This document shows positions 20,373-30,606 of a stretch of 64,000 bases of DNA, in pieces. The number at the start of each line of letters is the position of its first letter. The first letter of the stretch is position 1. This stretch comes from Gemmatimonadota bacterium (GTDB lineage Bacteria > Gemmatimonadota > Gemmatimonadetes > Gemmatimonadales > GWC2-71-9): assembly GCA_036679605.1 (NCBI GenBank), contig JAZDCZ010000327.1, positions 1 through 64,000 of the forward strand, given 5' to 3'. The notes under the pieces were generated by a model that did not search any database, was not told where the DNA came from, and was given only the letters and a program-made list of their open reading frames with translations. Made by a program: the position numbers and the translations under genes.

Positions 20373-20516
20373 CATCCCCAACCCGCCACCGCAACCTCAC
20401 ACCAATAATGTTGAGCAATCTGCATGTCACAACGTGATGATCGCGCCGCGATCCACCACATTTGACATGACTGCTCTGAACAACCTTCTCACCACTGCAA
20501 GAAAGGTCCAATACAT

Positions 20517-21653
20517 ATGGCATTAAGACGTCTTCTGCTAATTTCGCAGCGCGGTTCGTCTTCCGGCTTGCCGGAGCATCTCGCGCAAGGATTTCGCGGA
20601 TCAGGGTATGAGGTCGATGTCGTTGATGCCCATTCACTTCGTCTGCGTCGATTCTTGTCTGCCGTGCGTACGTTCACGCCTAGTAAGAAAAAATGGCACC
20701 GTATGAGGGAGATGGATCAATTCTACTCCGTAGAAGCCTGGCTGCGAAATACGTACGTGAACGGAAAGCTACTGGACCAACGGCTCACACCGGGTGACAA
20801 AATTCTCCAAGTGGGTGGGCTCTACTATCCACATCCTCGGTTTAGGGAACTCCAGTACTTCCTGTTCTTCACCTACACTATGAAGCTCGCCCTAAAGGAC
20901 GGGTACTCACCTTGGATCGTAGAGGCTGAAGACGTTGGCGTTTTCATTAAGATGGAGACTGAATTATATAGGCACGCTCAGCACATCTTTGTATCCGCTC
21001 AATTTGTCAAGGACAACCTCGTATCGGAATACCGCATAGCCTCAACCGACATCACCGTTGTGGGAATGGGGGTGGACGAGTTCTACACAAAGAATATGCA
21101 ACGTGCTGCTTCGCCTGAGTTGACGCGGAAATGCCTATTCGTTGGATTCACGTGGGAACTGAAGGGTGGTCCCGATGTGATAAGGGCATTTGCACAGGCA
21201 CGAGAAGCGATCCCTGACATTGAACTTCTCATCGTCGGGCCACCGCCCAGTGTCGACATGCGGGGTCCTGGCGTAAAAGCAATGGGCCCGATTCGCGACA
21301 GAGCGTCTCTCCTCAAGCTTTATCGCGATGCGGATCTGTTCCTGTTGCCCTCTCGCTGCGACTCGTGGGGGTTCGTTTTTCTCGAAGCCATGACCCAGGG
21401 CGTGGTTTGTGTGGGGAGCACACTCAACGCTATGCCGGAGATAATTGAGGATGGCGTTACGGGATACCTGGCTGCCCCGGGGGATCACGAGCAACTCGCG
21501 CAATTGATCGTCGATTTCTACCAGAATCCGAGACGGAAAGGCATGATGGGAGCGGCGGCCCGGTCACGTGTGAGCGAACGCTTCACTTGGCCTCATGTGA
21601 TCAATGCAATCCTTCCCAGGATGTCGCGAACTACGCCGGAATCCCCATCTTAG
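20517..21653 (+). CDS. GT4 glycosyltransferase
   Basis: LFVGFTWELKGG, PSRCDSWGFVFLEAM, PEIIEDGVTG. Confidence 0.88.
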   Translation: MALRRLLLISQRGSSSGLPEHLAQGFRGSGYEVDVVDAHSLRLRRFLSAVRTFTPSKKKWHRMREMDQFYSVEAWLRNTYVNGKLLDQRLTPGDKILQVGGLYYPHPRFRELQYFLFFTYTMKLALKDGYSPWIVEAEDVGVFIKMETELYRHAQHIFVSAQFVKDNLVSEYRIASTDITVVGMGVDEFYTKNMQRAASPELTRKCLFVGFTWELKGGPDVIRAFAQAREAIPDIELLIVGPPPSVDMRGPGVKAMGPIRDRASLLKLYRDADLFLLPSRCDSWGFVFLEAMTQGVVCVGSTLNAMPEIIEDGVTGYLAAPGDHEQLAQLIVDFYQNPRRKGMMGAAARSRVSERFTWPHVINAILPRMSRTTPESPS

Positions 21654-23031
21654 TCGAACTGATGCCAAACTCATCGAACCTGACTGCGAAATCGACTGTG
21701 TTGCCCAAGTTCAACGTGCCATCGAAGATCAGATTCTGCATCATCTGGTTGTTCGAGTTTACCACGGGCGACTGCTCATCCAGCAGCAGTACATCGTCAA
21801 CAAAAATCTCGATCCGCAAAGGCTGGCCTGGCATCGACAGATGGTGGAATTCCCACCAGTGCCACTCGTTGACGATGTCATCAATATTGACCTCGACGCG
21901 GCTGCCTCCGCCAGTGTCATGATCGTCCCAGAACCAGCTAAACACCGCGTCCGACGAAGACGAACCAGACAAAGTGAGCGTACCAAGACCGCGCTTGGGG
22001 ACACCTTCAATCCCCTGCACGCGCCATATCTTCTGGATAGCTGTGGGTCTACCTACATGTTTCATGGCAAACCTAATCCATGTATCGATCCGCTCCGCTC
22101 CCGCCATCTTGAAGTTTATTGCCACCCCGCCCTCAGAAACTGGAGTGGGTCCGTAATCCACCTGGAGGCAACGAGTCCCTCGCGCCGCGTCGGTGCTTAT
22201 TACGGTACCTTGAGCCGCACCACCTACGTTGTCTTGCAAGCTCCCTACGGTCCCGTCTTCAAACGAGATTTCCGCAATATCTGGCCCAGAGTTGGCCAGC
22301 GCCACTTGGAATGTGGCTGTCACGGTCGAATCTGAGGTGACCACTACACTCTGCGGGTTGGTCACGCCTGAGGACAGCGCGAACCCTCCTGGCGGCACAT
22401 AGTTCACATCGTAAGTTCCCGGTACGAGAGACGTAGCCATCGTACCACTCGTGGGCACGTCTACGGTAATTGGTGCCTGTCCCGCGATATCCGTGCGAGT
22501 AATCTGGGCAGATCCGCCGGTAGCCGCCGTGCCCAGACCGGTTACGATGATCTGGAGAGTGCCGGGAGCAACGACTACGGCAACCGAAAAGTCGACTACT
22601 GTGGTTTGGCCCTCAACGACATTAGCGTTTTGTGGATTAGCCGCACCAGGGGCAAGCACGTGCCCTGCCGGCGCGGCATATTCTACGGAATAGGTGCCAA
22701 CAGGCACCGTGGTCTCGCCCACACCGCTCACAGGAACAGGCACAGTTATTTGCGTCGCTCCGGGTGCATCGACCGGTGTGACCGTTACCGTACCGCCGCT
22801 TGTGGCTGACGGCTCCAGGCCAGTAACCATTAGACCAAGTATACCGGTTGTCCCTGTTGGCCCTGTTGGCGTCGTGGATCCCGGAACATCATTGCAGGCA
22901 CTCAGCTGACCCGCAACTAACACTCCCCCAGCGGTCTTAACAAAGCGGCGTCGATCCATGGCACGAATCGGCCTGACCCAGGGCAAAGCCGGTCGGCCGG
23001 GAGCTTCGCGGCGCTTGCGGCGGATAGTCAT
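21631..23031 (-). CDS. Tat-exported lipoprotein with two beta-sandwich repeats and a LamG/lyase-like C-terminal domain
   Basis: GGAGG RBS before the ATG at 23031. DRRRFVK Tat motif and LSAC lipobox. Two roughly 90-aa repeats (VTGL..GG...GTY.V.Y..P.G..L.....NPQ). C-terminal domain has NEWHWWEFH, IEIFVDD and RFDE. Confidence 0.7.
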   Translation of the reverse strand: MTIRRKRREAPGRPALPWVRPIRAMDRRRFVKTAGGVLVAGQLSACNDVPGSTTPTGPTGTTGILGLMVTGLEPSATSGGTVTVTPVDAPGATQITVPVPVSGVGETTVPVGTYSVEYAAPAGHVLAPGAANPQNANVVEGQTTVVDFSVAVVVAPGTLQIIVTGLGTAATGGSAQITRTDIAGQAPITVDVPTSGTMATSLVPGTYDVNYVPPGGFALSSGVTNPQSVVVTSDSTVTATFQVALANSGPDIAEISFEDGTVGSLQDNVGGAAQGTVISTDAARGTRCLQVDYGPTPVSEGGVAINFKMAGAERIDTWIRFAMKHVGRPTAIQKIWRVQGIEGVPKRGLGTLTLSGSSSSDAVFSWFWDDHDTGGGSRVEVNIDDIVNEWHWWEFHHLSMPGQPLRIEIFVDDVLLLDEQSPVVNSNNQMMQNLIFDGTLNLGNTVDFAVRFDEFGISSTKMGIPA

Positions 23032-23189
23032 ATAACCTCCAAACAGAGTCACTGCATCAGGTTGTTATCGGCCGACACTCTAGATTCGCACTATCGCTCG
23101 CATTCCGCTAGGTACCAGTTTTTCTCCCGTCAACGTTCCCGCTGCACCTGGGGCACGGCAGCAGCAACGCGCATATCGTATCGGCCCAA

Positions 23190-23291
23190 GATATTTCGAC
23201 TGGTGGGACGAACGGCCTCTGCAACGATCGACCAGCTGCAAGCCAGTCGTAACCGAATACACCGATCGGTGCCCAACTTGAGAGCAATCAT
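23190..23291 (-). pseudogene. N-terminal remnant of a glycosyltransferase paralogous to 33911-35191
   Basis: Reads MIALKLG, then after a frameshift PIGVFGYDW..RSLQRPF, compared with GTPLVVFGDDWGRHVSSMQHLF. The ATG overlaps the methyltransferase stop. Confidence 0.55.
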
Positions 23292-23989
23292 GGTGTCGAC
23301 TTGTCGTAGATTACTAGAAACTTGTTCGCCCGGAATCGCACAGGCAACCATACCGTAAGGGCTCGATAGAGCCGTCGCATCCACCCCATTCGGTCGCCCC
23401 ATGGCCGATCTATGTAGTGGAGCGTGGTTTCACGAAACCGATGCCGTTCAAAAACAAGCCGCAGACGCCCAGGCCACAGCGCTCGTTGATTTGGAGTCAT
23501 CGCCGATATACCCCAAAACCTATTAATGACGTTGCTTGCAAACCAGGTGAGTGTGTTCTGTGCGTTCGGTTCGAATGCGACTACCCTCTCAATCGATACC
23601 CTAGCGAGTTCGGCTGGGAGAAGATTCAACTCTGGGAAATGATGGAGGAGCAGTGAGGTCCACGCCACTGTGACCGCGCCATCATGTAACGGAAGATGCT
23701 CGGCGTCGGCGACGAGAAACCGGGCCGTAAGCCCCTCACAAGTCAAACGTGCTCTGGCAGCCCTCACACCTGCCCTCGTAAGATCGACAGCGATTACGTC
23801 TATCCCACGCCTGGCCAAACGCAACGCGTGAGCCCCGGTGCCACAGCCAAGATCGAGTAGCGGGCCGTCGGGAAGTTCGGGTAGCGCTATGTCGTGGATC
23901 TCATCATAACCGCCCGTGATGTGTTCGTTGTCTGGGTTCGTGGCAAACAGCTCGTTGTAGAATGCGCGTTCAGCTTGAAGGTCCTGCAT
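23288..23989 (-). CDS. Class I SAM-dependent methyltransferase
   Basis: LLDLGCGTG, VADAEHLP, LLHH, FEPN. GAGGAGG RBS. Confidence 0.88.
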   Translation of the reverse strand: MQDLQAERAFYNELFATNPDNEHITGGYDEIHDIALPELPDGPLLDLGCGTGAHALRLARRGIDVIAVDLTRAGVRAARARLTCEGLTARFLVADAEHLPLHDGAVTVAWTSLLLHHFPELNLLPAELARVSIERVVAFEPNAQNTLTWFASNVINRFWGISAMTPNQRALWPGRLRLVFERHRFRETTLHYIDRPWGDRMGWMRRLYRALTVWLPVRFRANKFLVIYDKSTP

Positions 23990-24039
23990 TCCCCCTCCTC
24001 ATGAGGTTCAAACGACTGGTCTTCATGACGGGTTGCGGT

Positions 24040-24390
24040 GCTCCCGGTACAGGTGCGCAGGAAGGACTCCAGATCTGCCGCAAGCACCACCTGCTCCCCT
24101 ATTCTCGGCCCTACAATTTCGGCGTTTGCAACAAAATCCATGCCCGCGGCCTGTCGTACGCCATCGCCTCCATGAGACTTGTCGATGCCACCTCACTGTG
24201 CGACGTCAGGGCGAAAACGGTCGGAGAGCGTGGAGTATTCAAGTGGCAAATCGGTCCGACAGCGGAATCGCACCAGGTCTAGCAACCCCAACCCCAGGGG
24301 AGAGCGCGCTTCAGCGACGTCTTACAAGCTACCAAAATGGATTCCAGATCGGGCGTGGATCGGACGACCTCCACAAGGCGATCTACTGAA
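24040..24390 (-). pseudogene. Frameshifted GT4 remnant paralogous to 49980-51140
   Basis: Pieces in different frames (DRLVE; GLLDLVRF..TDLPLEY; VFALTSHSEVASTSLMEAMAY; DFVANAEIVGPRIGEQVV) match YDRLVE, VVRFVGWVDDPVEY, VFALSSLSEGLSLSLLEAMAC and DVGANADVLGPELQDQVV. Confidence 0.75.
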
Positions 24391-24799
24391 AATGAGCATT
24401 CCCGAGTAAAGATACCTATTGCGCAACGGAACAGTGACGACGGTGTTGCTTCAACGCAACAGGTTGGGGTTAAGTACACGACAATCGAACGGCATGTCCC
24501 TTGCTATACCCCGCCTCGCAATGTCACGAGCCCTTGCATCCAGATTCGTAATACCTTGGACCGCTGTGGCTGCGCGGAGCCACCTTTTGCGAACGGGACA
24601 TCCGCCTCAACTCAAGTCCTTGCGCTTGTTATGGCTGATCAAGCTGCTCGACCCCCAGTAGTCGATCGCAAGCTGGGGTCTCGGTTTTCAACGAAAGACG
24701 CCGACCGTCCTGTTCACTATCCTCGCTGTCATGCTCTCCTTTCGCTTGCCACCGCAGCTTGTACGCCCACCTCTTGCCCTGGTCGTTTTGACTGCTGCG

Positions 24800-25052
24800 A
24801 CACTAACGCGCGCCTCCAATAGGGGATACGCGGTCGCAGCTCTCAAACCGCTGATTCTCTATCATGTTATGGCGGTTGGCACCTTCACCCATGTCAAGAA
24901 GCCACCTCAGACAATGCCCATCATTTTGATGCTGCTCCTATATCAATTCGTGTGGTGGGGATTCCACGATGCGATGCCTGGTTTTGTAGGTTTGCACTAC
25001 TCCCTGAACAACTGCGACGGCTTCGGACCACTAATGGTGATAGGCTTGGGCG
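24800..25052 (+). pseudogene. Internal fragment of an O-antigen ligase/polymerase paralogous to 35641-36963
   Basis: NRGYAV..LKPLILYHVMAVGT..HVKKPPQTMPIILMLLLYQFVWWG...SLNNCDGFGPLMVIGLG compared with NRGMAF..FRVLALYYLLAVAT..YVRTPVQAIPILLIFLLQYAWWG...TLSNDDGFGAVVVMGIG. Confidence 0.8.
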
Positions 25053-25080
25053 ACCGCAGCGAACGGGCGAGATTACCAAA

Positions 25081-26250
25081 GTGACGGGGCACAGCCGATT
25101 CTGGAATCTCAGTCTGTTGATCTTCGGGCTTACTCTAGGCACCCTACTTACGGAGGTAATGGTCAGATCATATAGCCGTGCGATGGGCGGAACGCTCGCT
25201 GACGAGATCGAGCAGTGGGACCCGTTTGCTGTGCAAATCGAACCGCATGGTGAGTTGGGCTATAGGCAGAAACCGAATAGCGTATTCCACTACGCAAATG
25301 GCACCGTTGCGAAAAGCAATGGTATGGGATTTCGGGGACCGGAAGTCAGTGTGCACCGTGCAGAGGATACTTTTCGAATCATACTATTCGGAGGATCTAC
25401 AACGCATGGTTGGGGAGTCAATGACAATCAGACAATCGATTTCTACATGCGGCAAATACTCCAGCAACGCTACCCCGGCCACCGTTTCGAGGTAATAAGC
25501 CTTGCGTTTGACGGGTACGATTCTTATCAGGTGTTCGAGCGCCTCCGAAGTAACGGCGTGCGTCTTGAGCCAAGCCTAGTAATCGTGAACTCTGGCGTAA
25601 ACGATGTCAGGAACGCACGCTACAGCAATCTTGTGGACCGGGATCCACGGACGCTCATTTGGGAATCCGTCTTATCCCGACAGCGCGATGAGCTACGCCG
25701 GGGTAGACCTACGCTATGGGCGTGGCTCCAACACTTTTCGTACGCGTTACGACTTCCGGGGATTGTTCGCAATCATCTACACAGGTGGTCCCGCACCAAC
25801 GCTGAGATGAGAAACGCAGATCCCAATCCTCAGGCCGCCGACTACTTCGAGATGAATCTCAGGAGAATAGCAGGTTTGACGGCCGGAGATTCCATACCGC
25901 TCATCTTCTCCACACCTGCGTCCTCGCTCACTTCCAAGTACGAACCGCATGACATCTCGAGCCGTGACTATTGGCTAACCGACGCCTCTACTACTCAGCT
26001 TCAACGGAATAGCTTGGCGGAACGGATGCAACGTGTGGTCGCACAATTGCAGGCCAGCGGTCGCAAGATATCCTACATTTCACATGACCTTCCGCCGAAC
26101 CTGTTCCTGGATGACGCCCACCTGACACCGGAGGGGAATCGGCAGGTCGCCACTAACTTCGTGAACGCCCTGTCCGGTTTCATCAGACCTCGGCGAATGA
26201 GCCGGGACCAAGAGCGACGGCTATACAATATCGCCTCACGAGGCCCATGA
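25081..26250 (+). CDS. Membrane-anchored SGNH/GDSL hydrolase or acyltransferase
   Basis: N-terminal TM segment, NGMGFRG, FGGSTTHG, GVND, DDAHLTPEGN. Confidence 0.85.
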   Translation: MTGHSRFWNLSLLIFGLTLGTLLTEVMVRSYSRAMGGTLADEIEQWDPFAVQIEPHGELGYRQKPNSVFHYANGTVAKSNGMGFRGPEVSVHRAEDTFRIILFGGSTTHGWGVNDNQTIDFYMRQILQQRYPGHRFEVISLAFDGYDSYQVFERLRSNGVRLEPSLVIVNSGVNDVRNARYSNLVDRDPRTLIWESVLSRQRDELRRGRPTLWAWLQHFSYALRLPGIVRNHLHRWSRTNAEMRNADPNPQAADYFEMNLRRIAGLTAGDSIPLIFSTPASSLTSKYEPHDISSRDYWLTDASTTQLQRNSLAERMQRVVAQLQASGRKISYISHDLPPNLFLDDAHLTPEGNRQVATNFVNALSGFIRPRRMSRDQERRLYNIASRGP

Positions 26251-26327
26251 ACCTATTTCGCAGCCTCAATTATACACCCCAGCTTGACTCATGGCCTCAT
26301 CCTCGACTTGGTCGACTTCACTGGTAG

Positions 26328-27326
26328 CTAACTTCTACCCTCGGCTACGGGCGCTAATGCCCGAGCTACCTCACCCACTGTAGCCGGCTCAATCTCAGTC
26401 AGTTTCGCAAGTCCTTCGACGTAGTCAGCTATTGTCGCATAGAGACGATCCACATCAGCGTGAGACGCACTGAAGGGCGTGAGACCGGGAACCATGCTCG
26501 GACTGTGCCAGAAGAGATGCAGGAAGCGCACGCCTTGATCGAGAAGACGACGCGTCAACAACAGCATGTCCCGGGCCGAATCGGTTTCCGGACTCAATGT
26601 GATCCTCTTGAGAATTCCCAATCGGGCGACGATGGTTCGTAGGGACAACACTCGCGCTACTGGGAGGTCGAGCTTCTGATACATGCTATTCCAGAACCCA
26701 AACGGAGCCCGACTATACGCCGTTGAGATCGGTACTTCCACCAGAGGCGCGTTGGGCGCCGGTTGGCGGACATCGCACGCGTCAGAAACCCGATAGACAT
26801 CGATTGGGGCACCAATAAAGTCCGCGCCATCGTCCATGCCTTCGAAGCTGACAAAGGGTATGACACTGCTGTCCACCTCGTAACCGCACTTGGTCAAGGC
26901 CCGGACTGTCGTATTACCGAATCCAAACCTCCCTGCGCGAAAGGTGGAGGGCGTTGCTCCAAACGCGTCGGTCAGCGCCTGTGTCAAGGTCACGAGTTTC
27001 GCCTCCTGCAACTTCACCGAGAGGTTCTTGAGCATGGAGTGACGGGGTATCATTTGCTCGTCTTGAGGCGGAGTATTCCATGGATGAAGGTGGGCACCAA
27101 CCTCACTGCGCCCGTTCAGCTGGATCTCTCGTAGGATTGCGGCCGCCCAGGGACTTGTCGCGACCTGATACGTCGTGAAATACGTCACCCGCAGGCCCAG
27201 CTCCGTCAAGAATTCGGACGCGCGGGGAAGCTGTCGGATATTCTCCACGGTGATTCCATGTCGCGTCGGAATCCAGTTATCTTCTTCTGTGTCGATTGAG
27301 ATAACCAGCCTAATAGAATGGCTCAT
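26328..27326 (-). CDS. Polysaccharide deacetylase (WalW-like)
   Basis: SIDTEED, EVGAHLHPWNTPP, FRAGRFG, HSPSMVPGLTP. Confidence 0.85.
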   Translation of the reverse strand: MSHSIRLVISIDTEEDNWIPTRHGITVENIRQLPRASEFLTELGLRVTYFTTYQVATSPWAAAILREIQLNGRSEVGAHLHPWNTPPQDEQMIPRHSMLKNLSVKLQEAKLVTLTQALTDAFGATPSTFRAGRFGFGNTTVRALTKCGYEVDSSVIPFVSFEGMDDGADFIGAPIDVYRVSDACDVRQPAPNAPLVEVPISTAYSRAPFGFWNSMYQKLDLPVARVLSLRTIVARLGILKRITLSPETDSARDMLLLTRRLLDQGVRFLHLFWHSPSMVPGLTPFSASHADVDRLYATIADYVEGLAKLTEIEPATVGEVARALAPVAEGRS

Positions 27327-27377
27327 GTCAGCATGGAGATTGGGACCGATATACTCGTCCAGCAGTCATCCGTCCCC

Positions 27378-28817
27378 CTACCCACACTCGTAGATCCTGA
27401 GCGCATTCACGTAATAGTCAAATCGGTTTCGTAAAATGCGCCCCCTCAGCAGACACGAACGAACAACTGCACTCGATCCCGGCACACTATTGAACAAGCT
27501 CACACCTTTGCGATGCTCGCCCAATAAGAGCCACACTGGTTCCGTTCGAGTCGGGCTTCCCAACTGAATCGTGACGGAATCCCACTCCGATGTGACTTCG
27601 TGCGGCGCAAGGTCTGCACCATAGAAGTCCACGATGCCGTGTATGTCAGCATAGACCGGTCCCGGTCGGACTCGATGCAGCCTCTGCAGCTCGGCCACTG
27701 CTGCGCGATAGTCCGGCCGTCCGCCATCAATGTAGTAGGAACTCACATCGGGCAGCGTTGAAAGGAAAAGGATGCAAACCGCAACCACACCGGCAAGCGG
27801 AATCCTGTGGGATTGCCAGATGGAAGCGAGGGCAACACCACCGGCAGCGTAGGCAACGGCCAAAACACTTATGACGTGGTACGCTCCCATGGCAACAAAG
27901 GGATAGGCGGCTACATAGGTAACAGCACTCCCCAACGCAAGGAGAGGCAGAAACGTTCGGTCGATTCGTGCGTATGTACGGTCCCGGGACACGAGGACCA
28001 AGCCACCAACGGCCGCGAGTGACATGGGGATCGTCATTCCAGCAGCTGTAGCAGCAACCATGTGTGGCAGCGTGTCGATTCGTCCGTGCTGAAGCATTTC
28101 TGCTGAATACCGCAACACGCCAACTATGAGCCAGCTACCCGCTCCCATTACAACCACGAATGCCGCTCCCACAAACAGCGCGTAATGTCGCATCCACTGA
28201 ATGACATTCCGACCAGCAATCACCCGAAGATTCACTGCGATCCATAGGAACATGCCGGGAACGATGAAACTTGAAGATGGGACGAAGAACCACCCCACTA
28301 CGAGGCACAGAACAGTTATCCACAGCCATAGCGATCCTTCGGTACCCATCCAGAGACGGAGCCCGAAGGGTGCGAATCCCGCGAATAGGAAGGACTGCAT
28401 GTAATAGCGAGCGAATTGCGAATGCGTAAGCAAGACTGGCGATAGGGCAATTGCGAGCGCAGTAAAGACACCGGCCCGACGCCCGTACAACCGCCCAACA
28501 GCCCACCCGAAGACCGGAATTGCAGCAACGCCTGCGAGCGCCGGTACGAGCCGCACTGCGAACTCCGAGAGTCCGAACAGCGGAATAGTCACGTAATGGT
28601 TGAGCGCAAAGGTTAGAGGTCGCACGTCGGCCCAGGTAAACTGGTCGCTCGAAAACCACACTGTGTAGATCTCATCTCCTGCCAAACTCCAGTCCCCAAG
28701 CCGCCAAACGCGCAGAGCTGCGCCAAGCAGGGTGGCGGCCCAAAGAACCTGCGTCCACCGGTCCCCCCGCAGTGGGCCAAATCGGCAGGCCGTCAAATGC
28801 GGGCTTGCGATCGTCAA
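27378..28817 (-). CDS. GT39/ArnT-like (GT-C) membrane glycosyltransferase
   Basis: SLAGDE, SEFAVRLVPALAG, ALSP..HSQFARYY, RPDYRAA; many TM segments. Confidence 0.8.
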   Translation of the reverse strand: MTIASPHLTACRFGPLRGDRWTQVLWAATLLGAALRVWRLGDWSLAGDEIYTVWFSSDQFTWADVRPLTFALNHYVTIPLFGLSEFAVRLVPALAGVAAIPVFGWAVGRLYGRRAGVFTALAIALSPVLLTHSQFARYYMQSFLFAGFAPFGLRLWMGTEGSLWLWITVLCLVVGWFFVPSSSFIVPGMFLWIAVNLRVIAGRNVIQWMRHYALFVGAAFVVVMGAGSWLIVGVLRYSAEMLQHGRIDTLPHMVAATAAGMTIPMSLAAVGGLVLVSRDRTYARIDRTFLPLLALGSAVTYVAAYPFVAMGAYHVISVLAVAYAAGGVALASIWQSHRIPLAGVVAVCILFLSTLPDVSSYYIDGGRPDYRAAVAELQRLHRVRPGPVYADIHGIVDFYGADLAPHEVTSEWDSVTIQLGSPTRTEPVWLLLGEHRKGVSLFNSVPGSSAVVRSCLLRGRILRNRFDYYVNALRIYECG

Positions 28818-30523
28818 AATGCCTCGAAGTTGTCAGTGTTCGGGCCATCAAGATGAAACATGTTCCATTCCCTGCAGGAATCGTAAACTGGAAACGTTTG
28901 CCGCATAACATTCGAGAAGCCTGGCGCTGTACCCATCGCAGCGCGACTTGCGATGAGATAACGCGCATCGCGCGCCTGCAGACTCCGCACTGTATCAAGC
29001 GACTGCTGCTCCCCACATATGCTGAAGCCCTTGCGGTCGGTCCAGAAGAACATATAGGGAGCCTGATAGGATACGGGCCGCCCGCTGGCCCCTATGCACG
29101 ATCCGCCCACCGAAATGATCAGTGCCTGGGGGGGTATCAGTTGCGCAAACTGCTTGGCGCATTGGAAGGTTCCAAACCAACCCTGTGGTTTGAGATTCTG
29201 CATGACCTGTAGTCCTTGAGCAAAGAGAGCCGGTGCCGCCACGATCAGGCACGCCGTTCCCGTCAATGCGAGCCGGCGTTCTCTTCCTGTCGTACGGGCG
29301 GGCTTCAGGGACCGGGCCCACGACAGTCCGACCAGCAGTAGCACCGTTCCTCCCGCCCCAAATGCGCTTTGTCGCAGGTGCACCGCCAAGGGGCCATCGC
29401 CCTTGAGCAGTGCGGCAACACTCCCGAGAACAGCGATCCCGGCAAATGCTACTATTAGCCCTCCCAGCACCTTGGGGTCTCGCCAGCGCTTGGCGAAGAC
29501 GTCGAGCCCCACCCCGAACAGGATGGCCGCCGGCAGCACCACAAACACATGATAGTGAATGGCCCAACTTTCCGAGGCTGTCCGGCCGGCGACCAAAAGA
29601 AAAACGGCTACGGAACCCAGCCAAAAAAGTGCGTAGTGAACGGGTCGACTTCGAGGTCGCGAGAGAACCCCGAGAACTGCTAACACGATACCGGACGGCA
29701 TCCAAACAAATAGCACATCAAGCCCTGCGAGGCGAGCATAGAAGCTGGGGCTAGCAAGCAGGTCAGCACCGATCCAATGGTACTCGCTGGACAGTCCCAA
29801 CGAGTTACCGTAGGTTAGCCAGAAACCCCTTGCGTGCGCATACCATGCAACTGCCGGGAGCAACGACATGAGCGCAAAGACCCAAATCCGGCCGTCGCGA
29901 ATCCACCGCAAGCCTCGCTCTCGAAACAATACTACCAGGAAGAACAATCCAATGTGGGCGGCGCTGGCCTTTGCTAGAACGGTGAGTGCCGTAAGGATGA
30001 GTGCGGATACGTACGAGCGAACAGAGCCTTCTCTCACCCATCGAAGGAAAGTGAACGCAGCCGCGACATAGCACAAGAGCATCAAACCGTCTGGTTGCAC
30101 AGCGGTCCCAAGGCGCACGACCAATGGGCTTAGTACAAAGAACGTCACTGCACCAATGGCGGCAACAGCCGGGAGCATCCAACGCGCCAGTGCCAGGAAG
30201 ACGACCAGAGTGAGAAGCGAGAAACAGAACGAGAGTATGCGGCCGAAGACCTCGTGGTATCCAAAGGCTTTGTAAAGCACGGCCACAGACCAAGGGTAGA
30301 GTGGGAACTCCATTTCGACGTACCCTGGCCCGTCTCCGCGCCAGTCGATCTTGGGATACAACGGGTTCATACTCTCGCGATAGTAGTTGCGCGCCACGCC
30401 AGCAACATCACTTTCGCGCCACGGGTCGCCCACCACACCATCTATGGGATGCCAAACATTGCCACTCCGCAAGGCGACGCCGAGCACGAAGAGGAGAACG
30501 AGAACGGCTGTGTGTCGGCTCAT
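28814..30523 (-). CDS. ArnT/GT39-like (GT-C) membrane glycosyltransferase
   Basis: WRESDVAGVARNYY, IDWRGDGPGYVEMEFPLY. Intact paralog of 4534-6249. Confidence 0.85.
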   Translation of the reverse strand: MSRHTAVLVLLFVLGVALRSGNVWHPIDGVVGDPWRESDVAGVARNYYRESMNPLYPKIDWRGDGPGYVEMEFPLYPWSVAVLYKAFGYHEVFGRILSFCFSLLTLVVFLALARWMLPAVAAIGAVTFFVLSPLVVRLGTAVQPDGLMLLCYVAAAFTFLRWVREGSVRSYVSALILTALTVLAKASAAHIGLFFLVVLFRERGLRWIRDGRIWVFALMSLLPAVAWYAHARGFWLTYGNSLGLSSEYHWIGADLLASPSFYARLAGLDVLFVWMPSGIVLAVLGVLSRPRSRPVHYALFWLGSVAVFLLVAGRTASESWAIHYHVFVVLPAAILFGVGLDVFAKRWRDPKVLGGLIVAFAGIAVLGSVAALLKGDGPLAVHLRQSAFGAGGTVLLLVGLSWARSLKPARTTGRERRLALTGTACLIVAAPALFAQGLQVMQNLKPQGWFGTFQCAKQFAQLIPPQALIISVGGSCIGASGRPVSYQAPYMFFWTDRKGFSICGEQQSLDTVRSLQARDARYLIASRAAMGTAPGFSNVMRQTFPVYDSCREWNMFHLDGPNTDNFEAF

Positions 30524-30606
30524 CTCAATCGCCTACCAACTCCCGGAACGGTCCCAGCTAAGCGACGGCCGATGGTGCTACCGGACACGGTTGGGGACAT
30601 GTGGTG

